A stretch of 31,457 nucleotides of DNA, from positions 1-31,457 of the forward strand of contig CAIVOR010000369.1 in NCBI GenBank assembly GCA_903907615.1. Direction: 5' to 3'. This stretch comes from an uncultured Microbacteriaceae bacterium (GTDB lineage Bacteria; Actinomycetota; Actinomycetes; Actinomycetales; Microbacteriaceae). The first letter of the stretch is position 1. Each line of letters begins with the position of its first letter. The notes under the pieces are model-generated. The model searched no databases. It saw only the letters and a list, made by a program, of their open reading frames with translations, and was not told the DNA's origin. Shown here piece after piece: positions 25,803-31,457 of the stretch. The position numbers and the translations under genes were made by a program.

Positions 25803-25808
25803 TGGCGC

Positions 25809-26333
25809 ATGACGAGTTCCGTTCACTTCCTCATCTCCTCATCGCCCGTCGGGCCCATCGAACTCACCGAGACGGATGGCGCGCTCACGGGAGTGCGGCT
25901 GCTCGGCGCTCATGGCTTGTCAGAGCATGGCTTGTCAGAGCATGGCTTGGGCGCGAGCGCGACCGACACACCACGCACGGCTCTCCTGCGTCGCGCTCAG
26001 AAACAACTCACCGAATACTTTGCGGGTCGACGTCACTCGTTCGATCTTCTGTTGGCCCCTCACGGCACGGAATTTCAGCGGGCCGTCTGGTCCCAGCTGT
26101 CGAATATTCCCTTTGGTGCCACGAGCACGTACGGCGCCATCGCCAGCGCCGTCGGTCAACCGCAGGCAGCGCGTGCCGTGGGTGGGGCCATCGGCGCCAA
26201 TCCCCTGCCCATCGTCGTGCCGTGTCATCGCGTGCTCGCGGGCGATCGGCGACTCACCGGGTTTAGCGGTGGCGACGGCGTCCCCACCAAAGTGACACTA
26301 CTCACCCTCGAAGGATGCGAGTTCCGCGCGTGA
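25809..26333 (+). CDS. ogt: Methylated-DNA--protein-cysteine methyltransferase
   Basis: SPVGPIEL, GTEFQRAVW, TYGAIA, ARAVG, NPLPIVVPCHRV active site. Confidence 0.95.
   Translation: MTSSVHFLISSSPVGPIELTETDGALTGVRLLGAHGLSEHGLSEHGLGASATDTPRTALLRRAQKQLTEYFAGRRHSFDLLLAPHGTEFQRAVWSQLSNIPFGATSTYGAIASAVGQPQAARAVGGAIGANPLPIVVPCHRVLAGDRRLTGFSGGDGVPTKVTLLTLEGCEFRA
25911..25949 (+). repeat. Perfect in-frame 15-bp tandem repeat (2.6 copies) inside ogt, encoding HGLSE-HGLSE-HGL
   Basis: CATGGCTTGTCAGAG at 25911 and 25926, then CATGGCTTG at 25941. Confidence 0.9.
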
Positions 26334-26941
26334 GCGCCCGCGAGACGAGTGCGCCCATCATCACGGGCGAGGACGGCCTGGGGCGCTGCTGGTGGGCGGA
26401 GTCGGGAAACGCCGAACTCCGTCGCTACCACGACGAGGAGTGGGGAGTACCGGTGCACAACGATCGCCTGCTGTTTGAGCACATCTGCCTCGAGGGCTTT
26501 CAGGCGGGCCTGAGTTGGTCCACCGTATTGAACAAACGTCCGGCCTTTCGTCGTCACTTTCACGATTTCGACATCTCTCGCGTCGCCCGACTTGGCTCAC
26601 GCGACATTGACCGAATGATGGGCGACGCGGCCATCATCCGAAATCGGGCGAAGATCGAGGCCGCCATCGGAAACGCCGTAATCACCCGCGACCTCGTCGC
26701 GACCCAGCCGGGAGCGCTCGATGAACTCATTTGGAGCTTCGCACCGAAGCGGCGGGCCCGACGGCTGCGAACTCGAAGCGAGGTACCCGCCGTCACCCCC
26801 GAGGCCGAAGCGCTGAGCAAAGAACTCCGCAAACGCGGATTCCGATTCGTGGGGCCCACCACCATGTACGCACTCATGCAGTCGGCCGGTGTGGTCGATG
26901 ACCACATTGCCGGATGTATGCGGAGCACGAACGGACGTTAG
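26330..26941 (+). CDS. tag: DNA-3-methyladenine glycosylase I
   Basis: RCWWA, YHDEEWG, LEGFQAGLSW, IIRNRAKI, FRFVGPTT, DDHIAGC zinc ligands; GTG 26330 overlaps the ogt stop (GTGA). Confidence 0.95.
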   Translation: MSARETSAPIITGEDGLGRCWWAESGNAELRRYHDEEWGVPVHNDRLLFEHICLEGFQAGLSWSTVLNKRPAFRRHFHDFDISRVARLGSRDIDRMMGDAAIIRNRAKIEAAIGNAVITRDLVATQPGALDELIWSFAPKRRARRLRTRSEVPAVTPEAEALSKELRKRGFRFVGPTTMYALMQSAGVVDDHIAGCMRSTNGR

Positions 26942-26983
26942 CTCGCGGTGAGCTCGCAAGGTCTGCTCAGACAGCCCGACGGA

Positions 26984-27760
26984 CTACAGCGCCGCCGGTA
27001 TCACCAGCGTGAGTTCGCTCTCTGCTGATCGCTCAAGCTCCCAGCCGTGGGACGGCGCCCACGCGAGAAGGGCATCCACCGTGGTCACCTCGCGCAACGC
27101 ACCCGATTCCGCGAGTGACCGCACCAACTCCCCCTTGGCCTTCTTGTTGAAGTGATTGAGGGCCCTCATGTTCCCGCCAGCGTCACGCGTGACCACGCGC
27201 AAGAAATACACTTCTGAGCGCGGTCCATCGGGCGCCGGCGTCAGATCCACGTAGCCCTCGCTGCGCGCATCCAAAACCAGGCCCGACCACAGCTCAGGCA
27301 GCGCCGCCGTGGCTCGGCTCCACGTGCTCGTGAGTGAGGCCGGCAGCTTCGGCAGCCGAGAGTTGTGCGACAAACGATAAGCCGGAATCTGATCACCGGC
27401 CGCAATTGGCCCCCAGAGCGCCGACTGAATGACGACGTGTGCCATGAGGTCGCCACGCGCTCGCGAATCGAGGGTCAGGGTCGAGAGCCCGTCGAAGAGA
27501 ACTCCCGTGTAGCGATCGATCGCGGGCAAAGTGGGCGATGTCAACAGGGTCCGATTGCGCTCCACCTCAAAGGCGAGTTTCGGCCCGAGCCTCAGCGTGG
27601 CCATACAGGTGGCCGCATTCTTCGCGAGGTGTCCGACCGCTGTGACAATGCGCTGGCGCGTGTCGGTCAGGCGATCGGCACACAGCAGGGAAGACAGGTC
27701 AACCGGGTGACCATCGCCACCGTCGCGCTTGGTCTCCGACGGTGGCAGTAAAACACGCAT
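26984..27760 (-). CDS. yaaA: Peroxide stress protein YaaA (DUF328)
   Basis: MRVLLPPSETK, PAIDRYTGVLFDGL, SALWG...IPAYRLS, LDARSEGY, HFNKKAKG; start ATG 27760. Confidence 0.9.
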   Translation of the reverse strand: MRVLLPPSETKRDGGDGHPVDLSSLLCADRLTDTRQRIVTAVGHLAKNAATCMATLRLGPKLAFEVERNRTLLTSPTLPAIDRYTGVLFDGLSTLTLDSRARGDLMAHVVIQSALWGPIAAGDQIPAYRLSHNSRLPKLPASLTSTWSRATAALPELWSGLVLDARSEGYVDLTPAPDGPRSEVYFLRVVTRDAGGNMRALNHFNKKAKGELVRSLAESGALREVTTVDALLAWAPSHGWELERSAESELTLVIPAAL

Positions 27761-27773
27761 GCGTGGGTGAGAA

Positions 27774-28043
27774 CTACTCCACAATTTCGGCGGCCGAAGC
27801 CACCACGGAAACGTTGTTGTTCTCGACCGACAGGAAACCGCCCTCGGCATTCGCCGTGATCTTGGATCCGTCTGCCGTCGTCACGCGTACATTGCCCGAC
27901 GCCAAAATAGCCAGCATGGGCTCGTGACCGGGCAGAATACCAATCTCGCCCTCGACGGTCTTGGCGACAACCATGCTCGCCTCGCCCGACCACACGTCCC
28001 TGTCGGCAGAGACGACGCTCACCTGAAGTCCGGCAGCGGCCAT
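27774..28043 (-). CDS. atpC: F1 ATP synthase epsilon subunit (short, 89 aa)
   Basis: VSVVSADRDVWSGEA...GEIGILPGHEP...GGFLSV; start ATG 28043, 2 nt after the atpD stop. Confidence 0.95.
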   Translation of the reverse strand: MAAAGLQVSVVSADRDVWSGEASMVVAKTVEGEIGILPGHEPMLAILASGNVRVTTADGSKITANAEGGFLSVENNNVSVVASAAEIVE

Positions 28044-28045
28044 TA

Positions 28046-29518
<1,473 letters not shown>

Positions 29519-29540
29519 CTAAATCGTCGTCGGGGATGTG

Positions 29541-30440
29541 TTACTTGGCGTCGGACAGCGCGTCTGCGCCACCGACAATTTCGGAAATCTGTTGCGTAAT
29601 CTCTGATTGACGTGCGTTGTTGGCGAGGCGGGTGTACTCGCGGATGAGCTTGTCGGCGTTGTCCGAAGCCGACTTCATGGCGCGCTGGCGGCTCGCGTGC
29701 TCCGAAGCCGCCGATTGCAGCATGGCGTTGTAAATGCGGCTCTCGATGTAGACCGGCAGCAGCGCGTCAAGCACCTTGTCGGCATCCGGCTCGAACTCGT
29801 AGAGCGGCAGTATCTCGGCGTCGCCCGGTTCTTCAACGCCGTCGACGATTTCGAGGGGAAGAACGCGCACGACCTCGGGAACCTGGCTGACCATGTTGAC
29901 GAAGCGGTTGTACACGATGTGAATCTCGTCTACTCCGCCCTCACTGGCGTCACGCAGGAATGACTCGAGGATGGCCTCGCCGATTTCGCGAGCGGTCTCG
30001 AAGACAGGCGCATCGGTGCCACCGGTCCACACGCGCTCGGGCGTGCGGCGACGGAACGAGAAGTACGCGTTGGCCTTACGACCCACGAGGAAGTAGGCAA
30101 CGTCTTTGCCCTCGCTGCGCAACAGCTCCGCCAATTGCTCGGCCTCGCGGAGCACCTGCGAGCTGAACGCACCGGCAAGTCCACGGTCGGACGCAAAGAT
30201 CACAATGGCCGCGCGCTCCACCTTCGCAGGCTCGGTGGTGAGCACGTGACTGATGTTTGTGTACGTTGCCACGGCAGAGACGGCACGCGTGACGGCACGC
30301 GAATAGGGGGTCGCGGCCGCAACTCGGGCCTGCGCTTTTTGAATGCGCGACGCCGAGATGAGCTCCATGGCCCTCGTAATCTTCTTGGTCGTCTGGGCAG
30401 AACGAATTTTCTGCCGGTAGACCCGAAGCTGCGCTCCCAT
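29541..30440 (-). CDS. atpG: F1 ATP synthase gamma subunit
   Basis: [52 protein letters not shown]. Confidence 0.98.
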   Translation of the reverse strand: MGAQLRVYRQKIRSAQTTKKITRAMELISASRIQKAQARVAAATPYSRAVTRAVSAVATYTNISHVLTTEPAKVERAAIVIFASDRGLAGAFSSQVLREAEQLAELLRSEGKDVAYFLVGRKANAYFSFRRRTPERVWTGGTDAPVFETAREIGEAILESFLRDASEGGVDEIHIVYNRFVNMVSQVPEVVRVLPLEIVDGVEEPGDAEILPLYEFEPDADKVLDALLPVYIESRIYNAMLQSAASEHASRQRAMKSASDNADKLIREYTRLANNARQSEITQQISEIVGGADALSDAK

Positions 30441-30496
30441 TGCTTGCCTTCTCTTAGGTTGGTGTAATCAGTGACGTGACCCGCGGTAACCGCGTG

Positions 30497-31457
30497 CTAC
30501 TTCTTCTTCTTGACGATCTTCTCTTGCTTGACCTCTTCGGCCGGCAGCGCGACAAACTCTTCGCGGCCTACCGAGGCAAGTGGCTTGCCCTCGCCGGTCT
30601 GGAACTCCTGCTTGAAGTCGGCGATGGCCTTTTCCAGCTCGGACACCGTGGCGTCGGAGAGCTCGTTGGTCTCGGCGAGGTTCTTCAGCACCTTGGTCTT
30701 GCGGCCACAGAAGTCGATGAACTCCTTTTCGAAGCGCAGGATGTCTTCGATGGGCACCTCGTCGAGCTTGCCCGTGGTGCCGGCCCAGATCGAGACGACC
30801 TGGTTTTCGACGGGGTACGGGCTGAACTGAGGCTGCTTGAGCAACTCGGTGAGGCGTGCGCCACGAGCGAGCTGACGGCGGCTGGCCGCATCGAGGTCCG
30901 AGGCGAACATGGCGAAGGCCTCGAGAGCGCGGTACTGAGCCAACTCGAGCTTCAACGTTCCCGACACCTTCTTGATGGACTTCACCTGAGCGTCACCACC
31001 CACGCGCGACACCGAGATACCCACGTCAACAGCGGGACGCTGGTTGGCGTTGAAGAGGTCGGACTGCAGGAAGATCTGGCCGTCCGTGATCGAAATCACG
31101 TTGGTGGGAATGTAGGCCGAGACGTCGTTGGCCTTGGTCTCGATGATGGGCAGACCCGTCATCGAACCGGCGCCGAGGGCGTCCGACAGTTTGGCGCAAC
31201 GCTCCAGCAGACGCGAGTGCAGGTAAAAGACGTCACCGGGGTATGCCTCACGTCCCGGCGGACGACGCAGCAACAGCGATACGGCACGGTAGGCCTCAGC
31301 CTGCTTCGAGAGGTCATCAAAAATGATGAGGACGTGCTTGCCCGAGTACATCCAGTGCTGGCCGATGGCCGAACCGGTGTAGGGAGCGAGGTACTTGAAT
31401 CCGGCGGGGTCAGACGCGGGAGCGGCCACGATGGTGGTGTACTCCATGGCGCCGGCC
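30497..31457 (-). CDS. atpA: F1 ATP synthase alpha subunit, C-terminal part (runs off the right edge of the window)
   Basis: [56 protein letters not shown]. Confidence 0.99.
   Translation of the reverse strand, partial: AGAMEYTTIVAAPASDPAGFKYLAPYTGSAIGQHWMYSGKHVLIIFDDLSKQAEAYRAVSLLLRRPPGREAYPGDVFYLHSRLLERCAKLSDALGAGSMTGLPIIETKANDVSAYIPTNVISITDGQIFLQSDLFNANQRPAVDVGISVSRVGGDAQVKSIKKVSGTLKLELAQYRALEAFAMFASDLDAASRRQLARGARLTELLKQPQFSPYPVENQVVSIWAGTTGKLDEVPIEDILRFEKEFIDFCGRKTKVLKNLAETNELSDATVSELEKAIADFKQEFQTGEGKPLASVGREEFVALPAEEVKQEKIVKKKK

Noticed and set aside
25738-25808. Intergenic spacers (here, 25104-25194 and 23558-23672) as possible riboswitch or sRNA loci
   Set aside because: Too short once promoters are accounted for, and no recognisable riboswitch or tRNA-like fold
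25911-25949. Short direct repeats as a CRISPR-like array
   Set aside because: Contiguous 15-bp units without spacers, in frame within ogt; no cas genes
30482-30494. Small hairpin CGCGG-TAA-CCGCG between atpA and atpG
   Set aside because: Only a 5-bp stem with no U-tract inside an operon; too weak to call as a terminator or ncRNA

Overview
High-GC (roughly mid-60s % by eye) actinobacterial chromosome segment. The gene content and protein style suggest Microbacteriaceae, which is an inference. It is very compact, with tiny spacers and many apparently leaderless promoters. Left: proS (partial), an MFS transporter and the MEP cluster ispG-rseP-dxr on the minus strand, then gabT-ald on the plus strand. 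Centre: a 15.6-kb, nine-gene minus-strand operon (23557->7939) encoding FHA, PP2C phosphatase, soluble Ser/Thr kinase, a 1861-aa Ig/FN3 surface protein, MoxR AAA+, DUF58, a membrane transglutaminase-like protein lacking its catalytic Cys/His, a zinc-ribbon-FHA protein and an orphan EccC/EssC-like FtsK ATPase. This resembles the bifidobacterial PFNA operon extended with a type VII-like ATPase and is the best candidate for an undescribed system. Right: class III (omega-amine) aminotransferase, tspO, ogt-tag, yaaA and the distal ATP synthase genes atpC-D-G-A (atpA partial). I found no rRNA, tRNA, CRISPR array or mobile element.
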